Part shown: positions 48,187-58,600 of the stretch, one piece after another
How the letters are laid out: each line of letters opens with the position of its first letter
Position numbering within the stretch: the first letter of the stretch is position 1
IMG/VR virus record: IMGVR_UViG_3300010370_000027
Origin: a virus
Reading direction: 5' to 3' (one strand)
Length of the DNA stretch: 64,000 nucleotides
Notes under the pieces: generated by a model
Told to the model about the DNA's origin: nothing
What the model saw: the letters and a program-made list of their open reading frames with translations, nothing else
Database searches by the model: none
Translations under genes and position numbers: made by a program

Positions 48187-48855
48187 TCACTCATCATAAA
48201 AGGAGGATCCGACGTTCTCTGGATCACCTTTGACAGAGACTTCCTTAGGACCCGCGAGAGGTTTGTCAAGGACACCATTGTCGACGAGATCTCTCTTGTC
48301 GCCGGTAGCAACTCCGTCCTGATCAAGACTCTCTCCGCGCTGCTGATGAAATTCTTTTTGAACTGAATCTGAATCTGTGTAACGAATGTCAGTTGGGCCG
48401 AGCGTGGGAGCAACAAACAGACCTTCGCGAGCTTTGACGCCAACGAGTTTGACTCCATCTTTGTGTTCAGGCATTCCGTAGATGTTTCGCATGAAGACAC
48501 GCTCTGTGATCTCATAGAAGACATCAGAGAACGAGAAGAAGTCGCCGATCGCCACGTTGATGCCCTTGTCTACGAGATCTCTGTGCTGGACATATACTTC
48601 GACCTTGTACTGAGCATCGATTCCGAACTTATCGATCTTGGTATCGTTTTGGAAGTTATTGTCTACGAGGGCGTCAAGAGCTATTGGATTGTCATACACT
48701 TTCTTCAGCGCTTCATTGTAGACTCCGTGTGTCTTAGTCTTCAGCTCAGAAATAGGATAGTAATAGACTTTCTGTCCCACGACATCTTTTATTAGCTCTT
48801 TAGTGATGTCAGAGATGAAGTTAAGTTCTCTCGGGGTGATGAATAGACGTGCCAT
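48187..48855 (-). CDS. Neck/head closure protein (gp14-like)
   Basis: ELIKDVVGQKVYYY, VYNEALKK, IGDFFSF...YEI; follows the gp13-like gene. Confidence 0.6.
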   Translation of the reverse strand: MARLFITPRELNFISDITKELIKDVVGQKVYYYPISELKTKTHGVYNEALKKVYDNPIALDALVDNNFQNDTKIDKFGIDAQYKVEVYVQHRDLVDKGINVAIGDFFSFSDVFYEITERVFMRNIYGMPEHKDGVKLVGVKAREGLFVAPTLGPTDIRYTDSDSVQKEFHQQRGESLDQDGVATGDKRDLVDNGVLDKPLAGPKEVSVKGDPENVGSSFYDE

Positions 48856-48861
48856 GATGCC

Positions 48862-49098
48862 TCATTTCTTCTCGAACAGAAAGATAAGTCCCATCCACAA
48901 AGGCCACCCAGCAGAAAAAATAAAAGAAGTAGGAATTGCAAGGACCTTGTTGGTTGCACACTGATATAGCAGACCAATGAAAGAGTTGCTTTTTCCCCAC
49001 TGTTCTGCGGAAGCAGCGGCAAAAACGTAGAGGAAGTAACCGACTGCAGTGTAAACTAAACCTGCAAGTATCAGTAGGACGGTCAGAAATATTGACAT
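48862..49098 (-). CDS. Small two-TM membrane protein
   Basis: Two hydrophobic segments and a basic C-terminus (FEKK); fills the gap between neck genes. Confidence 0.55.
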   Translation of the reverse strand: MSIFLTVLLILAGLVYTAVGYFLYVFAAASAEQWGKSNSFIGLLYQCATNKVLAIPTSFIFSAGWPLWMGLIFLFEKK

Positions 49099-49101
49099 GT
49101 T

Positions 49102-50274
49102 TTATCCAATCGTAATTGCGCTTCCCTTAGGCATAGGAACGTACTTAAGTTGCTTGTTCAGTGACTCAGCTGCTGCTGCATCTGCCTCGAGGAGTTTTTG
49201 ATGTGTCAACTGTGCAAGAAATTCTTTCATCTGCGTCTGAAGCTTCTCTTTGTCTTCTCGGCCTTGCGTCACCAGCGCCTCTCCGTTTAGCTGAAGGTCA
49301 GCATTTGGAATGGGTATGTTTTGAAACTTGGAACGAATAAGACCGAGAAGTTCTTTGGCAAGAGCAAGCGTGTACTGACGTATCCACTGACGCCCTGGTT
49401 GATTGATGGTTGAAAATGGAAGATTATCTAGCGGGACGTTAGAAGCACCGGAGATCCCGTAGATTGTCTGGTCCCCGAAAGCTGTCGGGCTTAACGGATT
49501 TTGAGGCGGAAGTACTTTACAAAATAGCTTTCCCACCTGAAGATCTGTAACTGGAATCGGGTATATCCTGAGCTTGCTTCCCATGATCTCATAAGAGTAG
49601 TGAGACCTGCGGACCCTGAAAGCGGATTCCAGCATTCCTCTCCTGAGGACGTCTTCGAAGATGGGAAGCACATAGAAGATCGTAGAGTTCACATACGACT
49701 CGTAGTTAAAGTTTGTTGCGAGAAAGTTCGTTATGTTGCTTGCATTGAGCAAGAAGTGTTGTGCAGCGAGCGGCTCACAGTGAAAGAGCTCTACGATTCT
49801 AAGCTTGCCTTTCTGCGCTAGACTGTCATACACATTGCTTCCGCTGACAACATCCTTGAGGTCAGCATAAATGTCATAATCTTGCTTACCTGCAACTAGG
49901 TCGAAATATCCGAATATTGCGTTCTCAGAACCACCTACGAAAGCATTGGTGGCATAAGGCTCGGCCATTCTCAGGAGATACTCGAGGGAGCGCTGTGTAT
50001 ACCTGTTTGTGATGTTGACAGAACCCGTTGCAGCTCCGAGGACGTTTGTCAACTCAGAGATGATCTTCGTCTCGTGGAGAAGCCTTGAATACTCGCAGAC
50101 GGACTCTTCAAAACATGCCCAAATTTCTTTCTTGGTCAACTCCACGGAGAGAACGTCGTCGCCGAGCTTTCTCTTGACGTAAGTGACCATGGCATCAGCC
50201 TCTGATTGAAAATCAGAATCCGAATCGAAGAAACCGAACGGCGTCGGAGAAATCGTGGTTGAAAAATTAGCCAT
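49102..50274 (-). CDS. Neck/head-tail adaptor protein (gp13-like)
   Basis: RKLG..VLSVEL, WIRQYTLALAKELLGLIRSKF..IPIP...LQLNG. Confidence 0.8.
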   Translation of the reverse strand: MANFSTTISPTPFGFFDSDSDFQSEADAMVTYVKRKLGDDVLSVELTKKEIWACFEESVCEYSRLLHETKIISELTNVLGAATGSVNITNRYTQRSLEYLLRMAEPYATNAFVGGSENAIFGYFDLVAGKQDYDIYADLKDVVSGSNVYDSLAQKGKLRIVELFHCEPLAAQHFLLNASNITNFLATNFNYESYVNSTIFYVLPIFEDVLRRGMLESAFRVRRSHYSYEIMGSKLRIYPIPVTDLQVGKLFCKVLPPQNPLSPTAFGDQTIYGISGASNVPLDNLPFSTINQPGRQWIRQYTLALAKELLGLIRSKFQNIPIPNADLQLNGEALVTQGREDKEKLQTQMKEFLAQLTHQKLLEADAAAAESLNKQLKYVPMPKGSAITIG

Positions 50275-50421
50275 GCATCACACCTATCTTAAACAGATAA
50301 GTATGCGATTAAGCGAGTTTTAGTTTCATCCGCCGTGAGATTTTATGGCTCTTTCCTGGTGTTCGGCTGCTGAATTGTCTCTGCTATCAATTCTCTTTCA
50401 GGAGTAATTCTTCTGAGATCT

Positions 50422-51030
50422 TCACTTAGAAAACTTCTCTTTGAGAGACGAAGAAGAAGATTCTTGCGATATCTTTTTGAGAAATGCGTCCCTAAGAGAG
50501 CCTGGTGTGGCAGAAGCTTGTACAGGCTGCTGAGGAGCAGGTTGACGAGGTGCCTCAGACTGTATTGAGGTTTCAATTTTTTGCTCTGTCTTCTGATCAG
50601 GCCTCTGTTCAAATTTAATCGTAGAGACAGCAGGAGCTGCAGGTCGCGATGCAATTATAGAAGAGGCAGTGACAGTAATTTCTGGTCTGGTTGGTCTTCT
50701 TGCAACCTGTATGGCTTCTGCAACAACAGAAAGCGTCTTTTTGAAATTGATCTGAAATTGAAGGGGAGCAAAGTACCTGTTGTCGACCAAGACTTCTACT
50801 CTTGCCTTGTACAATCCTTCTGAAAGCTTCTTGTCCATTCTCGGGAGTGTGAACTGTACTACTTCGTCTTCGCCAGTTCCGTATCCGTTGAACATGTAGG
50901 CAAAGTCTTCGTTCTCACAGACGAGCCGCACCTTTGCGGGAGACATTGCAGTTCCTTCCATCTTGATCTTAAAAGTAAGATCATTCGATTCTTCTAGGTC
51001 TAAATCTACAGTTTCTGTCAGCGGTTCCAT
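50422..51030 (-). CDS. Hypothetical structural-region protein
   Basis: Beta-rich N-terminal half, Pro/Gln/Ser-rich tail. Confidence 0.55.
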   Translation of the reverse strand: MEPLTETVDLDLEESNDLTFKIKMEGTAMSPAKVRLVCENEDFAYMFNGYGTGEDEVVQFTLPRMDKKLSEGLYKARVEVLVDNRYFAPLQFQINFKKTLSVVAEAIQVARRPTRPEITVTASSIIASRPAAPAVSTIKFEQRPDQKTEQKIETSIQSEAPRQPAPQQPVQASATPGSLRDAFLKKISQESSSSSLKEKFSK

Positions 51031-51046
51031 CGCAGATACATATCTC

Positions 51047-51454
51047 TCACTTTATTCTGTTGACTGAGATCTTTATGTCGTCGTAAATAGATCTCACCTT
51101 AACTGAAACTTTTCTCACAGCTCTTACCGCTATTTGTGATGCATCGGTTAGCTTTACCCTTACGGATCCTTGAAGCGGTCGGGCTAGAGCTTCATCATTT
51201 ACTCTTATGAGTTTTGCCCAAACGACTACCTCTTGAATCTCTTTTAATGCTCTTTTAGCGCCTGACTGACCCAGTTCAATGAATCTAAGGACAGCTTCAC
51301 TAATGAAAGCCATGAGACTGAATCCTTGTGCAACTATGTTTTGGTTTCTTCCAAAACCACGGGTGACCATCGTCATGCCGCGGCCGCGGCCTGGCGATAA
51401 TCCGCCCCCAGGACTCTGTACTCTACCAGGAGTTCCGACTGGTATTCTTGCCAA
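51047..51454 (-). CDS. Hypothetical structural-region protein
   Basis: Fills the operon gap; start uncertain (TTG 51454 or a later ATG). Confidence 0.5.
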   Translation of the reverse strand: MARIPVGTPGRVQSPGGGLSPGRGRGMTMVTRGFGRNQNIVAQGFSLMAFISEAVLRFIELGQSGAKRALKEIQEVVVWAKLIRVNDEALARPLQGSVRVKLTDASQIAVRAVRKVSVKVRSIYDDIKISVNRIK

Positions 51455-51455
51455 G

Positions 51456-51923
51456 TTACACCTTCAGTCTTTCGAACACTGCGTCGATCGATGGATTTCC
51501 TGCATCATCAAATAGATTGAAGCGGACAACTTCGGTCACATTGTCGTCTTTGTAAAAAATCATCTGGTTGTTGACGATCTTCCATCTTCCGAACTGAACG
51601 TCATAAATGCCCTGTATCCTCTCGTCCATTCCAGTGACAACGTTATAGAGGTCATCAAGCTTTGCGATACCGTTTAAATCTTCTGATGCGTAAGAAACAG
51701 AACTAAAGAAAGTACCAGTATCCCAAACTACTTGTCCGACAAAATCATTTGAAAAGGTTATTACTGCTGCATATATGCCCGGTGCTGTTTGATGTACGCC
51801 GTCTGTTGTCCTAGCAGTGACAACACTGCCTGTTTGGTCGAGCACTTTATATCCGACGCCATTGACGCCGACGGCGTCGGCCTTCAGTTTACCGAAATTA
51901 ACACTTAAAAGCTTTTGAGGCAT
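51456..51923 (-). CDS. Hypothetical virion protein
   Basis: GRWKIVNNQMIFYKDDN...RFNLFD; start moved to ATG 51923 because the track start lies in a hairpin. Confidence 0.6.
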   Translation of the reverse strand: MPQKLLSVNFGKLKADAVGVNGVGYKVLDQTGSVVTARTTDGVHQTAPGIYAAVITFSNDFVGQVVWDTGTFFSSVSYASEDLNGIAKLDDLYNVVTGMDERIQGIYDVQFGRWKIVNNQMIFYKDDNVTEVVRFNLFDDAGNPSIDAVFERLKV

Positions 51924-51967
51924 CTTTGAATTATAGGCAATTGGATTATCGAGTTCAAATAAATTAA

Positions 51968-51993
51968 TGTGCACGAACTTTCGTACGTGCACA
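51968..51993 (-). terminator. Hairpin terminator
   Basis: TGTGCACG-N10-CGTGCACA followed by TTAATTTATTT. Confidence 0.5.
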
Positions 51994-52011
51994 ATTTACT
52001 GAAAGATTACG

Positions 52012-52203
52012 TCAAAATACAGGCTGTTCAGGAGATGCTTGCTGAGGAGCGGCTTCCTGCTTTGGCGGCTGAAAAACAGCTATTGCGTCTGCAACGAGTG
52101 CAGCCTGCTCAAGCGAAAAAGCTCCTCTCGACTGAGCAAGTCTTGCTGCCTCGACAAGTACGTTAAGTGCCCTATTTTGTCTCTCTACGATTTCATTTTC
52201 CAT
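52012..52203 (-). CDS. Small hypothetical protein
   Basis: ALNVLVEAARLAQSRGAFSLEQA; AGGTGA SD. Confidence 0.65.
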   Translation of the reverse strand: MENEIVERQNRALNVLVEAARLAQSRGAFSLEQAALVADAIAVFQPPKQEAAPQQASPEQPVF

Positions 52204-52375
52204 GTTATCTCACCTGTGCAATTGTATGCACTACAAATTTAAACACTTGACATTACGTTGTAAATGGGCACAAAATGAGAGTTACTATATTTAGTGATCA
52301 TGTCTACAACAGAAGTTTGTCAGACAGCGAGATTTTACAGAATTTTAACGCTACAAAGAAGAGATACGGAATCTA

Positions 52376-53101
52376 ATGACCATTCAGATCGGAAGAAAAC
52401 TAAGTTTGCCTGCAGGATATTCTCTTCTGCTCGATCCCGCGATACCTGAGAGCTATACGGGCGGATCAGTGTGGACAGACCTCTCTTCACGATCAAACAG
52501 CGCAAGCTTAGCAAATACACCGACTTTCTCTCGCAACTCATTCGGGGCAGGTCAGATCAATTTTAACGGAACAAACCAATACGGAGCGCTGTCTGAGCTG
52601 GGTCTCAGTAGAAGTTTCACAATATCTACGTGGGTTAAGAAGAACGATACTTCTAGCACGGGATGGATGGTGGGTAGCGGCTGGGTAGCAACAACAGAGG
52701 GAGCAGGTCTTGGAGTCGGTTTTGGTGTTCAGGGATCAACGCTTACTCTAACTACGTGGGGGAATCCTGGTTACGTGACGTGGAGCGGAATCGAACCTAA
52801 CAAGTGGTATCACTTGTGCGCAGTTCAAAACGCAGGATCAGACTATAACGTAGGACCTTGGACCGCAAAGGTATTTGTGAATGGAAATCAAGTGACGTCT
52901 GGCAGTTTCTTCAACTATCACTACTACACGACGGGCGGGGCGGCTACGTCTTACATCGGCAGAAATTCACACAGTTCGATAGACTCTTACAACTATTTCG
53001 GAGGAGCTATGGGTCAGGTATTGATATATAATTCGATCGCTCTCTCAGACGCTCAAATTGTCGAAGTATTCAGTCAGACTCGTGGAAGGTACGGGGTATA
53101 A
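52376..53101 (+). CDS. LamG/concanavalin A-like domain protein
   Basis: SYTGGSVWTDLS, FNGTNQY, SFTISTWVK, NKWYHLCAV, VFVNG, IYN..LSDAQI...RGRYGV. Confidence 0.82.
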   Translation: MTIQIGRKLSLPAGYSLLLDPAIPESYTGGSVWTDLSSRSNSASLANTPTFSRNSFGAGQINFNGTNQYGALSELGLSRSFTISTWVKKNDTSSTGWMVGSGWVATTEGAGLGVGFGVQGSTLTLTTWGNPGYVTWSGIEPNKWYHLCAVQNAGSDYNVGPWTAKVFVNGNQVTSGSFFNYHYYTTGGAATSYIGRNSHSSIDSYNYFGGAMGQVLIYNSIALSDAQIVEVFSQTRGRYGV

Positions 53102-53102
53102 A

Positions 53103-53807
53103 ATGTCTATAGTGATAAAAAATCCAATCATCATAAATGGATCAACGAGAGTAGGTCCAGGACAAAATTCATCACCGATTGTGACAACAAACCTTATCAT
53201 GTATTATGATTTCGGGGATACGAGCAGCTATGCAGGTAGCGGCACTACAGTAACTGATCTCAGCGGCAACGGTTTGAATGCAACATTGATCAACACCCCC
53301 ACTTATGCTTCTGCAAATGGTGGCTACATGAACTTCTCGGGAACTTCTTATGCAAAAGTTGGGCCTAATGCACTCATAGGTTCAATAGGAACAGGAGATT
53401 TCTCAATAGATCTCTGGATATATCTTCCGAATGCTTCGGGATACGGCCACATCTACAGCATCGATTCACAAGGAGGCTATTTCTTAAAACATTCCAACGG
53501 AAATGTTTACGATGGTGCCAGTCAAGCGGGCAGTGGCGGTGGCGGTGTGATCGGTAGTGGCGCATGGAAACATCTTGTGGTTTCTAGAATATCAGGTACG
53601 GCAAGATATTACGTGAACAACGTTCAGGCTGCCTCGAGAGCGCACGGATTTAATATAAACGCAACAACACTTTACATTAGAAGCGATGGAGGAATGGGAG
53701 AGTGGGTTACGGCACACATTGCCCTTCCAAAGCTCTACAAGAAGGGCCTTACTGTGGCGGAAATTACTCAAAACTTCAACGCGCACAAGAGCAGATTCGG
53801 CCTGTAG
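53103..53807 (+). CDS. LamG/concanavalin A-like domain protein
   Basis: SYAGSGTTVTDLSGNG, DFSIDLW, WKHLVVSR, LTVAEITQNFNA.KSRFGL. Start moved to ATG 53103. Confidence 0.82.
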   Translation: MSIVIKNPIIINGSTRVGPGQNSSPIVTTNLIMYYDFGDTSSYAGSGTTVTDLSGNGLNATLINTPTYASANGGYMNFSGTSYAKVGPNALIGSIGTGDFSIDLWIYLPNASGYGHIYSIDSQGGYFLKHSNGNVYDGASQAGSGGGGVIGSGAWKHLVVSRISGTARYYVNNVQAASRAHGFNINATTLYIRSDGGMGEWVTAHIALPKLYKKGLTVAEITQNFNAHKSRFGL

Positions 53808-53873
53808 TAACAAATTAGAAAATCTATTTGGAATTAAGTAATTCTTGATCTATCCGCCATATAATTGTAAAAG

Positions 53874-54569
53874 ATGTTCACTCGAGTTTCTCTCAGCGGC
53901 TGCGGCTGGAAGGTGTTCTGGTACTACGGAGTGGTACAGAAGCTTGCAGAACATCGCCTCGTCGATCTGGAGAAAGTGGAGTGGATAACGGCGTCGGGCG
54001 GCGGCGGTGCTGCAATTCACTTTTTATCGGGATACGATGGATATGAGGGTTTTAAGCGTGCAGTTAGGATCGCCAACCTCGTCAAGGCGGACAGAGCCCA
54101 CAGGACTGTGACGGTGGCCGTGGATCAAATGGAGAAAGAAGCTCCAGATGACATTCACACGACGGGAAGACTTGTCATCTGCTATACGAAAGTATCTCTG
54201 TGGCCTTTCTACATGAGATATGAAATGATGGATGAGTTCCTCACGAAGAAGGACATGTTCGACGCGTTGAGGGCGAGCACTTCGATACCCGTGCTCAACG
54301 ATGTTCTACGATTTAAAAACAGGCACTTGCACGTGGACGCAGGTCTCCTGTGCAATCAGCCTGCGAGACACCATAATACTCTGCGAATATCTGCGTGGCC
54401 GCTTTCTTTCGGGTCCGACATTAAACCGCAGCCCAGCGCGTTGTTTGAAAATTACACAATATCTGTTCCGCCAGAAGAGGTGGCTGAAAAGATGTTCAAT
54501 GAAGGTCTCAAAGACGGAGAAAAATTCTGTCTAAAATACAAGAAAACCAGAGAAGTCGCTTCAAGATAG
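53874..54569 (+). CDS. Patatin-like phospholipase
   Basis: SLSGCGW...YYGV oxyanion loop, TASGG nucleophile elbow, ALRASTSIP, VDAG catalytic Asp. Confidence 0.78.
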   Translation: MFTRVSLSGCGWKVFWYYGVVQKLAEHRLVDLEKVEWITASGGGGAAIHFLSGYDGYEGFKRAVRIANLVKADRAHRTVTVAVDQMEKEAPDDIHTTGRLVICYTKVSLWPFYMRYEMMDEFLTKKDMFDALRASTSIPVLNDVLRFKNRHLHVDAGLLCNQPARHHNTLRISAWPLSFGSDIKPQPSALFENYTISVPPEEVAEKMFNEGLKDGEKFCLKYKKTREVASR

Positions 54570-55565
54570 CGCAACTTGCTTCCAGCTTCCATTGTAGATA
54601 TAAAATCTGTTGTTGGAAGAATCGTAATACATTGGCACTCTTCCTGAGATTGTCGACGGAACGGCTGTTGGCGGTCCAGCGGCAGCAGGTATGTAGAAAA
54701 ATCCGTTTGACATTCCCGTTGAACCCTCAGAAGTATAGGTGTTTCCGTTCGAATTCACAGAGAACAAAGACGTACCGCTTGAGTTCTGTATAGAAAGATG
54801 GTCCCCCGTAGCAGTGGGAGAGCCTGACCTATAGACGATTCCTGAGTCCGTTGAAGTCGAGGATCCTGTAATATAAAGCCTGGCTGTGTTTGCAACGAAT
54901 CCAAGACTTCCTCCGGCAAGTATGTTTCCGCTAGCGTCAATCGTTAAACGAGTTGTGCCATCTCCACCATAGAAGTTGTGTTGCAGAGACGTGTATGTGT
55001 TCGTTGCAACTCCAAAGACATTGGGAGCGCCTATTTGAATTCCATGAGAAGATCCACCGTAATTGCTTGTAACATGCAAAACTGCTAAGGGATTTTTAGT
55101 TCCAATTCCAACTCTTCCACCTAACGTTCCAAGAGTGCCGGTAACAAAAAAAATGGAAGTTCCTGCAGAATTCTGTACGTCTAAAAGACCTGCTCCGCCC
55201 GTAGGAGAAACCACGCCACCTTTTATGGTCATCGTAGGTATAGACGCTGAAGACGACCCAGAAACAGTCAACAGAGAAGTCGTTGATGTCGTGCCTATCG
55301 CTGTTGAGCCTAACAGAAGAGAAGTCGCTTTTACCTGCAGCGTATCTTCGTTCGTGTTATCGCCTAAAAAGCTCGAGCCCGACGTGACCAAGCTTCCTGA
55401 AACTACCATGGTTCCAGCGAAGACTGCTCTCGCCGAGCTCGAGCCCGAGACGAAGAACGTGGTATCGGAGCCGGGTATCTGTGGATTTTGAAAGACAATA
55501 CTTCCAGATATACCGATCACGGAATTGCTTCCGTATCCAGAAATATTACTTGTTATTATCGGCAC
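54561..55565 (-). CDS. Fibre-related virion protein
   Basis: SGS/TGS-rich beta repeats, RVGIGT, LDVQNSAG modules shared with neighbouring fibres. Confidence 0.65.
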   Translation of the reverse strand: MPIITSNISGYGSNSVIGISGSIVFQNPQIPGSDTTFFVSGSSSARAVFAGTMVVSGSLVTSGSSFLGDNTNEDTLQVKATSLLLGSTAIGTTSTTSLLTVSGSSSASIPTMTIKGGVVSPTGGAGLLDVQNSAGTSIFFVTGTLGTLGGRVGIGTKNPLAVLHVTSNYGGSSHGIQIGAPNVFGVATNTYTSLQHNFYGGDGTTRLTIDASGNILAGGSLGFVANTARLYITGSSTSTDSGIVYRSGSPTATGDHLSIQNSSGTSLFSVNSNGNTYTSEGSTGMSNGFFYIPAAAGPPTAVPSTISGRVPMYYDSSNNRFYIYNGSWKQVALS

Positions 55566-55601
55566 AGATTACCCAGCTCCTTTTACCTGATTATACGTTC
55601 T

Positions 55602-58600
55602 TTAGACGCTTGGTTTAGGACCGTTGGAGAAGTTTCCAATTTCCTCATCAAGCTCTGGTACTGCCTCAAGCATGAACTTGTAGCGCTTACCTGTCTTGTT
55701 GAAGCGGATCGTAAGGAAGTCCTCTTCTTCGATTAAGGTATAGTCACCGCGTTCGTTCTTGAGATGCAAGTCACCGGTGTAGATGTTTGCCCATCTGTTC
55801 GTTGATGAACCTAGCGAGTAGGTTACATCCGCGGACGGAAGGATGTTCGAATTCACTCGAGATGTGAACGTTACTGTGTCGGAACTTGCGTCGCCGAGCG
55901 TGACGTTACCGTTGAATCCGGCTGAACCTGTGACACCGAAGACGCCGCCAACCTGAGAGTTGCCTGCGAATGTCGTGGTTACGCTTGCGCCAGCGAAGGT
56001 CGTTGTGCCGTTGACTGTGACTGTGTCAGCAGATGCGTCACCGAGGGTGACGTTGCCGTTGAATCCAGCCGAGCCGGTGACACCGAGGACGCCACCAACC
56101 TGCGAGTTGCCTGCGAAGGTTGTTGTGACGCTCGATCCTGCGAAGGTCGTCGTACCGTTGACCGTGACAGTGTCAGAGGAAGCATCGCCGAGTGTGGTGT
56201 TGCCATTGACCGTTGCATTTCCAGCGAAGGTCGTTGTAACGGATGCACCAGCGAATGTTGTCGTACCGTTGACTGTGACTGTGTCAGCAGATGCGTCACC
56301 GAGGGTGACGTTGCCGTTGAAGCCAGCAGATCCCGTAACGCCAAGAGCGCCTCCAACCTGTGAGTTACCTGCAAAGGTCGTCGTGACTCCAGAACCCGCG
56401 AAGGTTGTGGTGCCGTTGACTGTCACAGTGTCGGCCGAAGCATCTCCAACCGTGACGTTACCGTTGAGGGTTGCCGCACCTGTAACAGTGAGACCGCCGC
56501 CAACTGTGGCATTGTCAGATGTTGAGAGACGATAGAACGAACCAGTGACGCCTGTGAGGGTGTCGGTCGTCTTGTTGTAGGTGAGACCGGAGTCAGCACC
56601 GAACGCGCCACCATCGTTGAACTGGATCTGTGTGTCGACACCGGCGACGAGTGCTGCCGCGTTCATCGAGGCTGCAATCGTAACCGATCCGTTAGATCCT
56701 GTTGTGATGGTAACGTTGTTACCTGCGACGAAGGCAGAGGAACCGTCGGTAAGTTTCGTGAGCGAGCCACTGAGGCCTGCGTTGAACTTGACCGCACCTG
56801 TGAAGGTGGTTCCGCTGACTGTTGCAACGACACCGTCATTGATTGCAAGTGAAACAGATCCCGAAGATCCGCCGCCAGTGAGACCGTTTCCAGCCGTGAC
56901 GTCGGTTATGTCAGCTTGTGTGCTGATTGTTACGGAACCATTTGATCCAGTAACGATCGAGATGTTGCTGCCTGCGATGAGGTAAGAAGAACCGTCAGAG
57001 AGCTTGGTGAGTGAACCACTGAGCCCCTGGTTGAAGGTTGCTCTGCCGTTGACCGTGATGATGTCAGCAGCTGCATCACCGAGGGTGACGTTGCCGTTGA
57101 AGCCGGCCGATCCAGTGACGCCAAGGACGCCGCCGACCTGTGAGTTTCCAGCGAAGGTGGTTGTAACACCTGCACCAGCGAAGGTCGTTGTGCCGTTGAC
57201 TGTGACTGTGTCGGAAGATGCATCACCGAGGGTGACGTTGCCGTTGAAGCCGGCCGATCCAGTGACGCCGAGTGTTCCTCCAACCTGTGAGTTACCTGCA
57301 AAGGTTGTTGTGACTGAAGAGCCGGCGAAGGTTGTCGTACCGTTGACCGTGACTGTGTCAGCGGCTGCGTCACCGAGCGTAGCGCTTCCGTTAACAGCAA
57401 GGCTGTTGTTGACTGTGGTTGTTCCTGTCGAAGCGCCGAGAGCTATAGCTGTTGCAGCGCCGCCGAGGTTGAGTGTCGTGACAGTCGAGTTGAGGAGGTT
57501 GAACGTCGTTGCCGACGATGTCATGTCTCCACCGTTAACTGCTACGTCACCGGCGATTGTCAGGGTGTCAGTTGTCTTGTTGTAGGTGAGACCAGAATCG
57601 CCTCCGAAGGCTCCTCCATCGTTGAACTGGATCTGTGTGTCAGCTCCGCCGACGAGAGATCCTGCGTTCATTGATGCAGAGATTGTGATCGCACCGTTCG
57701 AACCAGTCGTGACCGAAACGTTGTTTCCTGCTATGAAGGCGCTGGTTCCGTCTGTGAGCTTCGTGAGAGAGCCACTGAGACCTGCGTTGAACTTCACAGC
57801 TCCGGTAAACGTAGTACCACTGACCGTTGCAACAACACCGTCGTTAATTCCGAGAGTAAGATCCCCAGATGTGCCACCGCCCGTGAGACCGGTTCCGGCA
57901 GAAACGCTTGTGATGTCTGCTTGCGTGCTGATTGTTACTGATCCGTTGGATCCTGTAACGATCGAGATGTTGTTACCAGCAACGAGATAGCTGCTTCCAT
58001 CAGAGAGCTTGGTGAGTGAACCACTGAGCCCCTGGTTGAAGGTTGCAGAACCGTTTACTGTGACCGTGTCTGAAGAAGCGTCTCCGAGGATTGTGCTTCC
58101 GCTGACTGTGAGGCTGTTCTTGACTGTTGTCGTACCAGAGGTAGCGCCAAGAGTCATTGCTGTTGCAGCTCCACCAACATTGAGCGTTGTAACAGTCGAG
58201 TTGAGGAGGTTGAACGTCGTTGCCGACGATGTCATGTCTCCACCGTTAACTGCTACGTCGCCAGCGAACGTTGTTGTAACACCTGCGCCTGCAAAGGTCG
58301 TCGTACCGTTGACAGTGACTGTGTCAGCGGATGCGTCACCGAGAGTGACGTTGCCGTTGAATCCAGCTGAACCAGTGACGCCGAGGACGCCTCCAACTTG
58401 GGAGTTGCCTGCGAAGGTGGTTGTAACACCAGAACCGGCAAATGTTGTCGTTCCGTTGACCGTGACAGTATCGGAAGACGCATCGCCAAGAGTTGTGTTA
58501 CCGTTGACCGTTGCATTTCCAGCGAAGGTTGTGGTGACTGCTGCTCCAGCGAAGGTCGTCGTGCCGTTGACTGTCACTGTATCAGCAGATGCATCACCGA

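Noticed and set aside
21032-50274. Bacterial extracellular contractile injection system (because of two sheaths)
   Set aside because: Neck proteins, a long tape measure gene and linked phage replication genes indicate a true phage.
50343-50654. 103-aa ORF overlapping 50422..51030
   Set aside because: Alternate-frame overlap with no RBS or motifs.
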